Below are positions 51,301 to 64,000 of a DNA stretch of 64,000 nt, one piece after another. A program made the translations under genes and the position numbers. Numbering within the stretch: position 1 is the stretch's first letter; every line of letters starts with the position of its first letter. The stretch comes from Trichoplax adhaerens (lineage: Eukaryota > Animalia > Placozoa). Under the pieces are notes generated by a model that worked only from the letters and a program-made list of their open reading frames with translations, had not been told where the DNA came from and made no database searches. The DNA is taken from positions 4,104,759-4,168,758 of the forward strand of contig NW_002060948.1 in NCBI RefSeq assembly GCF_000150275.1, in the 5' to 3' direction.

Positions 51301-53880
51301 CAGAATTTTCGAACTCTGATACTGGATTTTTACTGAATGAAGTATACAAGTTTCCTTATTAAGAATACTACAGATTGATAACTCCTATTACGATGAAATA
51401 GTAGTGGCTAACTATCTTTTATACTATTAATCTTATAAGTCATGCTCCTAGTTCCGATTATAGCTTGCGTTCGCGTATATTATTGCAACGATTTCTGTTT
51501 TTATTTATGATTCATCATGAATCTACAAACCAACAGATTGTAGAACTCGATGGAATATATCCACAGATCACAATAGCTTGTTATTTGTGAAGTGTAAATG
51601 TGTGCAGAATTTCTAGCATTTTTATTTTCGCCCGTACAGTACATAAGATTGTTAGGCTTAGTAAATGATATGTATAATTATATAAAACAATTAGTACAAA
51701 TAGTGAGATATAGCACCTGATATCAACATTTGCGGGGTTGATTTCATATAATGTGCTGTCAGTATCGTAGGTGATATAATTGCATCTTATCATTCGAGTA
51801 TTAATTTGGTAAATTTGAAATATTCTAGCTTATTGCATATTAGGTTGTGTATTTTGTGGTAGATATTATTTAAACGGAATAATGTGTTCTTTTACAATAT
51901 TTATAAGAAATAGCGAAGAGCCGTTATTATAAGACTAATACTTTCATTAAATATCCAGCTGGTCAAAGTGTTACATTGAGTAATAATTTGAAAAGTTTTC
52001 CTGGAATTAATGTGGCAGCGTTTCATGTAATCAAAATGCAAATAATCATACGTTTACATGCTGGAGCTACCATGATACATTTGATATGCTTTAACTTACA
52101 TTAAATGTTATATTAAAAGATTAAAACTGTAATGAAAGGAGTAATTTCGGCTAATTACGGTAGTAACATATAATATTATAAAACTATGTCACCTTAGTGA
52201 TTTGCTGAGTTTTAATAACTTGAATTTCGAGTTAGTAGATTGTAATCTATGGGACTATAAAACCCATCCAAGACAATAAGAATTAAATAAATAATTATTA
52301 TATAGAGAAGATTATAGTTAGATATGAGTATCACCAATATGTATAAGTATTCCTATGATGAAGATACATCGAAGATATTTCTGGGTCTTCTCTTATCTCG
52401 AACAACTTATCAAGATTAGTTTTCTATCACAAGTATAAGTTTTGTCCTTAAGCTTCATGGCAGAAACAATAAAGATCGTCTCCTTACGCTTAAACGATAA
52501 AATACCCATATTACTTGTTCTTATGATCTTCTATTGATTTTAATTTTATCACGATAATTTATAGCATTATAACTTATAAAATATTGATGTTGTTATTTAT
52601 TTATTTACGTAGCATGACAGCCGGCAGGCTTGGCAGGAATTAAAATTTAATTTAACTGAGTTATTGATCTAGTTGAAATATACCGTGAAAATTTATCATG
52701 GAATGGCGATAGTCAATCTAGCTAACAAAGAACCAACCGCTATTATGTTCTTTCTGAGAATTATCTCGGCAATCGATGTAGGGCAATTGCTGAGAGAGGT
52801 TAATACAGTATATGTTATTGTTAAAGTTTAGGGATCTGAATTACATATGCTATGATAATGATAGTCTAAAATCCCTATAAATGATCAAATACCAAATTCC
52901 TCCAATTTTAATATAATTTCGATTGCTAGTTATAAGTATTTCAGTGAAAGCTGAAATTCTATATATGCTGGTGATAATTTCGCTAAACATTGCATTTAAT
53001 TTGTATTTGACTGTATAAAAATGCAATGTATTATCTACTTCTTTAGATATTTACACATCTAAAGTTGGTACACGATGTTACACTACTCATTTTCCCTTAT
53101 ACAAGTATCTCTTACAATGAGTATTTCTTGACTAGTAGCTTGTATATATTTTTCAGCATAGGTTATTGCAAGAAATGAATGATAGAGTATTAATTTTTTT
53201 CTGCTGTAGTTGTGGTACTTTTTTGCTGAGTACTTTATTAACTGAATTTTTAGTGACCTGATGAGCATTGAAGATTTTAAATTAATTCATTCTCCATTTC
53301 TACTTTTTTGTTATAAATAATTATGAAACAATTAGTGTATGATATTAGTTAAAATATTACTTCCGGGATGACGATAGTGTTATCGAGTTAATATATATAT
53401 ATAATTATAATATATGTATTTTAATTCTGTGAATCAGATTAACTAATTATTAGCTTTACGTCAGATGTCTTTTATAGTGATCCGTTTGCGATTATATTGC
53501 AATTTCAATTTTATTTCTTTCTGTCTTTGTTAGGCTTAAGATTGTAACGATCTTTATTGCTTGAAAATTTATGCAATAGTTTTGATTTCTGCTAATTTTT
53601 GCATGTTTCACGATCCAGCATGTATATATACAACATGAAGGGTAGTAGTAATTGATGATCGCATACAATTTTGACTGGTGTATATTAAACAACCTATTGA
53701 GAAAACAAAGCAAATTAATATGTTAACTAAATGATCTTCTGTTTATTCACCTAAATCGGTGATTCATAATGTTTGTACACATACGTTAAATGATGTATTT
53801 ACCGAGAAAGAATACTTGGTCTATTGAGAGAGTAATGAAATAAAATTATTCTTAAAATGTAAACTATCTATAAGAAGCTG

Positions 53881-54467
53881 TGTCACAACCCTCACTTGTG
53901 GCAAAGGAAAGTAAAGAACTCTAGTGTAGTTACTTAAAACTTGGGCTATTTCTCCCAGTACTTTCAGTTTCTATGAGAGAAGTATTTGAGAACTCGATTT
54001 CTCGGCTGATCTCTACAGACAACTGACTAATTATTACACTATTCTTCACGATATGAGTCTTGCCGTTTCTTGAGCAATTACTTACTTTATTCTACTAACA
54101 CACGCGCTTAAATAGGTTTCTACAGTGAATTCCAATATTAACGAGTGAGAATTCATGCTTTACAAGTTACATTAATTAGTATAATACCATTACTAAATAT
54201 ACATGTCGATATTCTCAGACTTAGATAGCTACAAGCTATCAGGTGTTAAGACGCTTAACCTTCGTTCATATACAGCTCAATTTTTAGAGATTAACACACC
54301 TTATAAACCTACGTAAATTAACTGCTAACAACTTCTATTTTTATCTCATTTCTACCATCCTATTATCAGCTACCAGCGCATTAAAACATAGCACATAACC
54401 TTATCTTATCTATTCATAAGCATTCATTAATTTACAGTTACTTAATTAGTAACGGCGTACCGTGGCA
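53881..54467 (-). mobile_element. Solo LTR, copy 3 (587 bp), divergent relative of copies 1 and 2, 5-bp TSD AGCTG
   Basis: Minus strand starts TGCCACGGTACG and ends TGCCACAAGTGAGGGTTGTGACA. AGCTG at 53876-53880 and 54468-54472. Minus-strand tatttaagcgcgtgtgttagtagaataaagta resembles tatataagcccgtcagatagttgaataaagta of copy 2. Confidence 0.82.
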
Positions 54468-57400
54468 AGCTGAAAGACGTTGTACAATATTTTGATCATT
54501 TGTAACGTTAAATATACTACGACGGTAGTGCTTATAAATTTTCAATTACAACTTATCTGAATGGCTATATAAATAAGTTGATGATTAATAGACGCTACAT
54601 CGTGATTATACGAATAATGTAAACGCTAATATCTTACAATTGTATTATAGTATTGATAAACTTTAGTGAGTAGGACAACTCTAATTTAGCAGCTTAGGCA
54701 ACGTCTACTAAATCATTTACAATTCCATAAACGTTCTCATGTAATTTATCGATCTGTAGATCAACTGTGGTTAGTGTAAAATCAGATTATAAATCCCAAT
54801 AATAACATCACGTATACGAATTATGATAATACGGGGTAGACTTCGCGACTTTTTCCTTCAAAACTGAATGCGTAACTTTGACATTATAAGCGGATAAGCC
54901 ATTATTTTACTTCCATCATAAGATGGAAATATTAGCTGGAGATGATAAAACGGCCGAGAGATTGGAAAAATTTCGATAGCAATAAATATGAAGGTTTAAC
55001 AAAGATGTCCTTATATATAAACTAAACCTAAATGAAAGCTATCAAAGACGAAATTTAAGGCTCATTATATAACAAGACAAGAATCGCATGAATTGATTAT
55101 ATATTAAAATATGGAATAAGCCTGTGATAATAGATATAATTTGTATTACAATGTTAGATAGTGTCCTGAACAGTCAAATCTAGGGAGAATTAAGATAGAT
55201 AAACTAAGCTATTTTTAATTGTCGACTAATTATTTATTTACATTACGAATAATTAGCTCTGTAATGAGTGTATTATGAAGCCTATGATGAAAGTATAGCA
55301 GATAAAATTTTATATTCGCATTAATTATTTACATCAGATATCGAATGAAACTGCTATTGCCATTAATTTGCTATAACATAGGTTAATACCTATCCATGAT
55401 TTTATCTAGAGTAACAGTTTGGGCTAAATTTTTTAATTATATGTTATCCTGCAGCATCAAGCAGAAAATTAAAGCTGATAATCCTTGGATTTATCGATGA
55501 AATATGATATTTCATTAGTATATGGTAAAACCGTAAATCGTCTAATCCCATTTTCTTATTTTCTTAGACATTTTACTTAAATTTTATTTACCAGCAATTA
55601 GTTTAGTGTATAAGTGCGCTGTCTCAGCTATTAGAAAATTTTAATTTCTATTCTGTTAAAAAAATTACTTTTGTTAATTTCCAACTTTAAATGTTTATAC
55701 AATTATAGGTATATGTAATTGGTAACATGATAGGTATTATTATTATTATTTTACTTATTTAAAAAGCTACGTTATTTATAGATTACTTCTTCGCGAATTC
55801 CTAGAAATGTGATATTGAGGTAATGTTAGCATTTGCTTACAGGGTTGATAACACAAGTACTTAAAATTGGTGCAACACGATAATCTCTAGTATGATCAGA
55901 TTACTTCTGGATTTTTTTATTGAATCTATACTCGCGTATGTCTATAATTTCATTTATGTCGAGATACATGGATAATATATAGCTTTATTATCATTTATTT
56001 ATTTGATTGCAATAAACAGATCGTTATTAATAATCTTATTTCATTAAAAAATATTGTATTAAGAAAAAAGGGATAACTTTTTTATTGTAAATTAAATGTC
56101 TCATGTTATTATTTAAAAGAAGATTAATGTTAGACTTTTTATAGTCAATACAAGTAGAATAAGTTTTTAATACCATCATTACTAGATAAAGATAATCTCT
56201 TATTGAAACTGTTGCTGGTCTAAAACTCATAAGTCATAATGCTATAGCCAATTGAAGCCATTTTACAACTGAATTTCAAATGAGTTAGTATATAAAGTAC
56301 GCGTATTACGTCTGAAAGTTGAGTTAATGAACATTATGATTGGAATTGATTATTGCTAAAGAACATTATCACAATCATTTAACTAGATAACGGGGTCGAT
56401 TAATTATGATCAGCTGAAGTTGTTCAAGTTATGACGTCATGATCAAGCCATAAATTGAGATCTAATAATAATAACGATATCATCAGGAAAGTTAACTATA
56501 TGGAAATAAAAGCATCAGTAAATTTTTATCAAGTCATTAAGTAAAATTATGAACCTAGATGAGTCAATTTCGTTAGTGCACGTAAGCGTGTTCACTATTT
56601 TAAGTTCATTCTTTTTACTTTTTTCTAAATGTATCTACATGCTGATTGATGGTATTATTTCTTCATGGAAAATTCTAATTAATATTAGAGATAAGATGAA
56701 ATAAAATATTATCCACAAGTATAATAGATATTTTCCTGTAGTAAAATTGACCGCGATCTTAAATGTATTATTATGAGCTCTTATCTAAATCAAATTTCTA
56801 CTCACAGCTTGAAGATATTAGTTTTAAATGATATTTTTTAATTAACAATCTACCCGAAACTGCTCAATATTTATTGAAATCGAGGTAAAGACAAGATATT
56901 TATGTAATTGCAGTAACCTATGTTTTCATCTTTTCTTATTCACTTTGGCCAACTTAATTAACGCTTTATCTTAGTAAATACTCTCCTGACATCGCTGCGT
57001 GTTATTACTGCTGCTTAATTATTTCTACCTTTGTTTAAGTGCTAAAATACAAATTGTGCACGAATGTACGTATATAGAGATGAATATTTGCACCATATTT
57101 ATGTATAGTAATGAAGGTGGGCAGATAAATAGGTGTTAAGGAAAAGAAAGATACCATCAATGCAATCTGGAGCTCTTATAGCCTCACAATTTAATTTAAT
57201 AACTTAATTGGTGATTACAACTTTGAAAAGAGATCATTAACGAAAGTATTTGGCTTGATACCAAATTAGTCTATTATTTATGGAATGGATCTTCCTATTG
57301 ACAAGATCAGTGGCTCTATTGACTCAGTTAATACGTCTGAATATCGTTGAATAGATCCATAACAATTGTCAACTGCATCTTAAATTGTTGTCGATCGTTC

Positions 57401-57894
57401 CTTAATTAAACATTGTTACAGTATTACTGTTTAATTTTCAATAGATGAAATTGCAGAATCATTTCACATTCGATATTTGAATTCACTCACTTACAAATAG
57501 AGTAGGCATTACATTTATTGGAAGAGTTATACATATTGATTAGTAATTCATACAGATAGGAAAAAGTTAATTGATAATAATTGGACGTCATAGTTTCAAT
57601 TTCAATATTCTACTCAAGTGCGTTGACAGGTTAAAGAAAATGGATGTGTCTTGTATACTAAATTATTATATCTCAATGAATAATGATCAACTATTTTTGG
57701 TATTGTTTTATTACAATAGATTTTAAATAAAAATTCTGAGTTGATACAGCTGGCAAAGAGAAGCTTTTTGCTATATCATTAGTACTGAACTGAGCTTGAT
57801 TACTGGTAGTTCGTCAATTATTTGCCATTTGATCATCCTGCCTGCGGCGAACGGCAGATCCTTTCTAGCTTTAGTGGAAAGAAATTTTGTCAAG

Positions 57895-58872
57895 ATGGAT
57901 TTGGTAAGATTTACCTATCTACTGCAGATTAATTGGGTCATCGGGATTACATTATTGTCTTTAGTCATCTTGTTAAATCTTGTGTTAACTGCATTAATAT
58001 TAGCACGCAAGAAATTATGGAATTCTTCTAATATCTTACTGTGCAGTAAATTTATCTCCTTGATCGTCTCTGCATTAGTTTCATTCCTGCCTTGGGTAAC
58101 AGCTACTAAGGAGAGTCAATGGTTTTATTATCGGACAGGCTTTGCTATGGGTTTAATTGTAAGCCTTCATATTTGCATTATTTTAGGTTATCGTTACATT
58201 TCAATTGAGGCCCCGTTCGCCAGTGAAAGGTATTTAACTGTTAGACGTACTTTACTGGTTCTTTTGGTTATGTGGTGTGTACCACTCTTGGCGACATTAA
58301 TTCCACTTTTTGCCGTTGGTAGTTCTAATAGTTCAATTGGAAACGTTAATCAATCTCTTGCACTATCTGGTTCAATGACGAAAGAATCAATCTATATTTA
58401 CTCAGCGATTACAATTTTACTACCTGCAATTGCTATTATTGGTGCTTACGTTCGCATTTATGTTATTATTACTCATAAAATGGCAAACATATGTCTAGAA
58501 AAAAACCATCATTCCACCATATTACGCCGTAAGAAACGAGTTATATCGCAAATGGCGATGATGACAGGTATATTTATTTTTGCATGGGCTCCTTCAACAG
58601 TTTGTGTTATCTTAGGATATGAAGCTCCCCAAGTTAATGGCAATTATTCATTCGCTGTCATTAAAGAATATTCTGGCACTATTCTTTTACTCTACGGGAT
58701 TATCCCTCCATTGCTTTACTGCCGCTACACTTCTGATTTAAAATCGGAAATTAAGAAGATATTGGGAATCAACAAACAATCTGCATCGATTATACCCAAT
58801 CGTACCGTATCAACTGGCAATGGCTTAGCCAATTCACCGGTAGACTTGACAAGTTCTAAAAACGAATTATAA
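57895..58872 (+). CDS. Divergent class A orphan GPCR, intronless coding region, ~325 aa
   Basis: First ATG at 57895 (the ORF track starts at TTG 57796). Seven hydrophobic segments; N1.50, GYRY..I..PF at the DRY position, W..P (TM4), LP...I...Y..IY (TM5), FAWAP (TM6), PPLLY (TM7). Confidence 0.9.
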   Translation: MDLVRFTYLLQINWVIGITLLSLVILLNLVLTALILARKKLWNSSNILLCSKFISLIVSALVSFLPWVTATKESQWFYYRTGFAMGLIVSLHICIILGYRYISIEAPFASERYLTVRRTLLVLLVMWCVPLLATLIPLFAVGSSNSSIGNVNQSLALSGSMTKESIYIYSAITILLPAIAIIGAYVRIYVIITHKMANICLEKNHHSTILRRKKRVISQMAMMTGIFIFAWAPSTVCVILGYEAPQVNGNYSFAVIKEYSGTILLLYGIIPPLLYCRYTSDLKSEIKKILGINKQSASIIPNRTVSTGNGLANSPVDLTSSKNEL

Positions 58873-61364
58873 ATCTTCATTTCACGCTAATGTTAATAAG
58901 TGCTGATAATAGTAAAAAAATGATCGATAACAGGTCTAGTTGTTGCCCTGTTTGATTTAATTTAATTCTAGAATCTGTTCAAATTTTTCGTTCCATAGCC
59001 AGTTATATCTAAATTTTTAATGGATAGATATATTATTTAGTTCTGCAATGAGATTAGTTCTTTATCTTTGAAATATCATTACCGTACTCATTTAAGAACT
59101 AGGAAATAACTAATAATATTGTTTGCATCGTTGGCACGGTCAGTAAAGAGGTCAGTTGGAGGAGTTCTCGAAGGAAAGAAATTAGATGATGATAGTAATA
59201 GGATCTTTTTAAATTATTGGTTCATGATGCAAAATTATTGATTAGTAATCTGAAAAATATATCTGTAATGCGAATAGTTTCGACGAGAAGGCAATATCGC
59301 TGCATCAATGTACATTTGAGACGATTTCTATCTTAAGATGCTGGACAGAAATTCAATTAATTGCCAGAAACTGTCGAATATTGTCAGATTATATTTGGGA
59401 CTCTATTATCTAAATGAAATGAGATATGATCCATAATTACCGTAATTCTTTCATATACCATAGTTAAGTTAATTAGTAAGTAATTTAGTTGAAACTGCTT
59501 ATCTGTGGATATGCGTCTACATATGCCCATTAAAAATTTTACTTTATTTATGACAGTCTTTTAAATTAATTGTTCTCCAATGAAATTATATGAGTGATTC
59601 TGATGAATGAGATGTTATGTTTCTGCTAAACATCATATTTAAATTTTATGTAAGAAATTGTATCTGTAATTAAAAATTTTGTCTTATTAAAGTGAAATTT
59701 GACCTATAGTCTTGGCTAACTGTCTTGAATAAAAGTCAATATTAAAATTAATATGGATTTTATTGCGCTGCACTAAAAGATCTATTTAAGGTGTTATTAA
59801 TGTAGGACTTTGTGCCTATCTTGCTATAATTACTTATAGAGAATTGATTATTGATTTATTTTATTATAGATTCGAGTTAGAATGTGGAAACATTCAAGTA
59901 AAATTTCTTAATACTGTATATAAACAATGATACCAAAATATTTTAAAGGTTAAGACAGAGGACATCACATAAATATGTAATGGAGTATTTTAATGTATCA
60001 TTCACTACTATTAATTAATTATCAACAGATAAATTTGGCGATTAGTATACTTTTAGAACGTTTAAATTCTATTACATTCTATAAGAGGCGCAGATAATGA
60101 AGTAGGAATTGTCGTCGTAAAGTATTATCCATCAGTACAGATAATCCGAGTATTAAATTATTGTTAAAGTTTCAGCAGGATCTAGTTACTATAATCTTTT
60201 GACAAATAAAAACTCTTTATATCGTAGAGACTAAAGATGTTAGTAATTTCACGCATAAAATTCGATATCTATATCAATTTCTTAATAGCAGATAGACAAT
60301 AACGTGGTCAAAATATGCTCAGGATTGCTATAATGTATTATAAATTCCACGCTATGTTATAAGCTCAAAATCTGAACTATAATGTAATTGTGAGAATTAT
60401 AGAATCAATGGCGGTAATCGAATTTAATACAATGTTAACGAGATAGCTAGAGTGAAATACATGAATTCTAAGTTATATATGAGCTTGATATTAATCATTT
60501 CAAATTTAAAATTTATACTATTGAAAAGTTATTGTAATTAAGCTTAATATTAATGAAAACAACCTCTTTCAAGATTATACAGTATATAAATAATTACTAA
60601 GTACGTTTTATGTATGTATTAGATTATCATCGAATAAATTGGGTATCATTTATAGGCTAAATAATTGCTAAAGCGTAAATGATTTATAGCGGACATGGCT
60701 GCTATTAAATTAACCTTGATCTCTGCATGATTGGCTGTATAGTATATTTAAAAGATTGCTCAGAACTCTAATTTCCTATAAAGTATACATATGTATATTC
60801 TGTCACTAAATATATCATCATTATTTTAATTAAAGATAAAATATAATGATAACACCCTATCAAAATAAGTTTGATAGTTATATGATAAAAATCGATAGCA
60901 ATAAATGTACCAAAATATTGTTTTGTATCCATTTACTAATTGTATTTGATTGATTGACTTTACTTGCTTAAGTACAATTGGCAAGTTATTTTGCATACAG
61001 TTGCTAATTTATAATAGTGATATTTTGTGTTCGCTGATATCTATGGTTAAATATAATCTAGTTTAGATGCTGCGTATAGAAGTGTATCCGGGCAATATGT
61101 GTACAATACTATTTATTTGTTTTTTCTAATAGATATTTATTTTGATTGGGGTGATAACATATTTATAAGAGTTGACCATTGTCACTTGCCTATACGCTTT
61201 AAAATTAGTTTCATCTTATTCCGCTAAATATTTAAAATTACTTGAATATTAGCCTAATGATAACTCAGTAACTACGGTTTTATTTCCTTTTAAGAGTTAG
61301 AAAGATACTGTGATCATTTGTGTGATATTCTGTCACTCTTTAATTTGCATACTGTATTCAAAGC

Positions 61365-61560
61365 TGGATACCAATATTTCAAAGATTATAATCTGTTCCA
61401 AGCGAATCTAAAATATTTCAAATTTTTTCCCGAAATGTCCAGATAATCGATGCCATTAGAAAGTCTTTGGCCAAAGCCATTAAAACAATATTAGCGTAGC
61501 CGTAAGTAGACGCCAATATGTAGAAAGATCATCACCATATATATCAACAATCGACAATTG
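61365..61560 (-). pseudogene. Possible ankyrin-repeat relic (two repeats, frameshifted)
   Basis: Minus strand across shifts: VDIYGD/FLHI/ASTYGYANIVLMAL then GIDYLDISGKNLKYF*IRLEQIIIFEILV. The two DxxG motifs are 106 nt apart. Confidence 0.3.
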
Positions 61561-63311
61561 AATCTGTCTCGTCCCACTTTGTCTGATGTTAATTACAGGA
61601 CATTACCTAATTAAGTTCACTTTTATTTTTACTGGTAGTTTTTCTGTATGAGATTATAGAGTATATCTCAACTTTAGAAGTTACAGCGAACTAAATTTTC
61701 CGGGCTTGCTTTAGATTGAATTATTGCAATCATTTAATGCAAAAATAACTATATGATTTCTAGTAATGTTGTTACCGTGCGATGTAGAGTCTATTAAACT
61801 TCAGTTGTTTGACAGCTATATTTGCTACATTAAAATAGATTGAGTCAATTTATTGCAAAATGATAATCATAGTAACACGGCCGTATACAGAATATGAGTA
61901 TATATCTAATGAGTTAATAAAATTGTAATTAAAGCATGCAGTACTTAGCATACCATATTACTTAATTATTTCGTCAGTTTCAGCTGAAATTGAATAATTA
62001 GAATTTTTTTCTCTCCTTTTAAACAGATAATTGATGAATGTAAAATTGTTGTTATTATTAATAAGCACTATGTTATTGTCAAATTTTTCTTTTATTACCC
62101 GTTATATGCTGAATATATTACAATACTAGAATATTGGAGCCCTTTTTTATCTGTATCTATGATGAAGATATTTGCCTCTTAATGCCAGTTTTAATTGTTT
62201 GAGGCTCTGCAAAATTAACGTATTTGGTGATTACTGTAAACGTCATTCATGTCAATAGAATCGAGGAACCGCCTGAACCCTGACCGTCTGTAGCTTTGTT
62301 TACTAATTTCTTAATTTTTAGTTTTTGGTATTGTTCTTTAATGTGATGCGATCAAGAAGGCACACAAAGCGCGATGCTATGCAATATTATTTAAGAAAGA
62401 ATGTGTACTTAATGTTGAAAGAATTGAAAGTAATTGCTCGATACTGTTTTAGGGTTAATGACTATTGATAAAAAATTTTTCTCAGCATGCTGTACGGTAT
62501 GTCAGTGTAAAACCAAGATTTCTAAATAAAAATTTCATAAATGGGGCTACATATTTACATCAAAAAGGAAGACTGTCAGGGCAATATTGCCATTAAATGC
62601 TGATGTATCGATTACTTGTATATCGACAAGTATTTATTTCTGTAATGAGCTATAGTTTTTATAACATAATTTACGCATAGCTAAGGCCAATACGATTTTC
62701 AGATTTCATTTAAGAAATTTTGCAGAATATTTCTTGCGTCTGTTACTTTGTATATCATAGATAATGAATCCGTAATGAATCTAAAAGTTTATTTTAATTA
62801 TCAGAATGAAATTAAATCATCTAGCTAAAATTTAGCCGTAAAATTATCAAATTAATAGTAAGTGAATATGTTCATTTCGATCTATACAGCATATGATTAT
62901 TTTTAACTCTAGCGTTTTATTCTGGAAATTTTGAAGGGCTCTAGTAATTGATTCATTGTGATTTTACGCAGCCAGCTATGTTTTCATTTAAATTTTTCTC
63001 ATTTAGTGAGCTTAAATGTTTGTCTACTGTATACCGTATATCTGAAGAAAATTAAAGCATTCGTTAAATTTTAATTATCAGTGTCTGACCTACTTGTATG
63101 AAAATAAACTAAAATACGAACTGTAAAGGCGTGTTCAAAAAAATTTATTATAATCAACGCTCTAATTGACTGTCGTTAACAGGAGCATTAGGACTAGCTG
63201 TTTCTGGTACAATTTTTTAGAATTTTATGGCGTAATATATTACTTGGTTAAATTTCTATACGTAGAGAATAAGTATTACCGCTATTTTTGCATGTACTTT
63301 GATATGGCATC

Positions 63312-63748
63312 TGTCACGGTACGAACTACCGTGAAGAAATAGCTATCTAAATTTGGTGAATATAATATAGTGATAATATATTACAACTGGTTACTTACAA
63401 TAGGAAGTACTCTAATTATAAATATGTTACAGTAAATTTAATGCTGTGCTGTAATGTGCACTGAAATGATTCTGTGGATGGACATGTTGTAGTCCGACAG
63501 TGAAAAATTAGTTAGTAGATGTTCTCACCTAAGTATTTTTATAAGATGACTCATGAATGTTAGCTGCTGTAGAAGGGTATATAAGCCCGTCAGATAGTTG
63601 AATAAAGTAGTTCTCAATTGTCTAGTCGAGTTTAACGTAGAATCAAAGACGTCTAAATTCTTGTGAGTAGGGATACTGAATCCGCAGATTTTAAAGAAAT
63701 TTAGAGATTTATTTTACGTTATCCTTGTCACGAAGCTGGTTTGTGACA
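63312..63748 (+). mobile_element. Solo LTR, copy 2 (437 bp), 5-bp TSD GCATC
   Basis: TGTCAC...GTGACA termini; GCATC at 63307-63311 and 63749-63753; near-identical to 28567-29001. Confidence 0.9.
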
Positions 63749-64000
63749 GCATCAAATCAGGTGGGGATTGTTTGTAGAATGTATCGCTGTTTCATTGAAA
63801 AGGTATCGGATTCATGTCATAGGCTTAGATATCCAAGTAAATAACTACAGTCAATAGAGTGAGTAAAGCCTTACTGATGAATGCATATCTGTAAAATTAT
63901 TTGCAGGAATCGATAATACTAAACCTGCAAATGAACTTTTTCACTTGAATAGTTCCAGGTTGGGTCGGATTAAATTCTGCATATGGTCTTGATAATGAAA

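Noticed and set aside
51167-56230. Isolated 60-85 aa ORFs in intergenic DNA (also 6311-6714, 18004-18258, 29986-30204, 36103-36285, 39288-39509)
   Set aside because: Low-complexity I/L/K/Y/F composition typical of random AT-rich ORFs; no motifs or linked splice structure found.
44302-58872. Opsin identity for the GPCRs
   Set aside because: No Lys at 7.43 in any of the three receptors.
59137-59154. Nuclear-receptor response element (CGGTCA-n6-AGGTCA)
   Set aside because: Non-standard spacing, one imperfect half-site, and located downstream of a gene; expected by chance in 64 kb.
28567-63748. One giant 35-kb LTR element bounded by the two near-identical repeats
   Set aside because: Each repeat has its own matching TSD (ATAGA/ATAGA and GCATC/GCATC), the outer flanks do not match each other, and no gag/pol lies between.

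Overview
AT-rich (roughly 30% GC by eye), intron-containing animal genomic DNA. Short GT-AG introns, a 42-aa TPR family and mostly intronless rhodopsin-type GPCRs suggest a placozoan (Trichoplax-like) genome; this is an inference, not proven. Contents in order: (1) the 5' exon of a divergent class I histone deacetylase (- strand); (2) a heavily decayed, apparently intronless Mab-21/cGAS-like nucleotidyltransferase pseudogene that the ORF track does not show; (3) two tandem CLCA-family genes, which I spliced by hand into open frames (15 exons/1419 aa and 14 exons/1249 aa). Both replace the HExxH zinc motif with RQWAR, both carry a basic RxxR loop, and both have an expanded FnIII stalk. Paralogue B has an internal deletion and a frameshift in the membrane anchor; (4) a ruined TPR-repeat gene with an internal inversion between the CLCA genes; (5) three class A GPCR genes; (6) three solo LTRs (TG...CA), each with its own 5-bp target-site duplication and a shared 23-nt terminal hairpin; (7) several degenerate tandem repeats. 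No rRNA, tRNA or CRISPR array was recognised. Best leads: the pseudo-protease CLCA pair with possible convertase processing, the solo-LTR family, and the cGAS-like relic. All family calls come from motif recognition; no searches were run.
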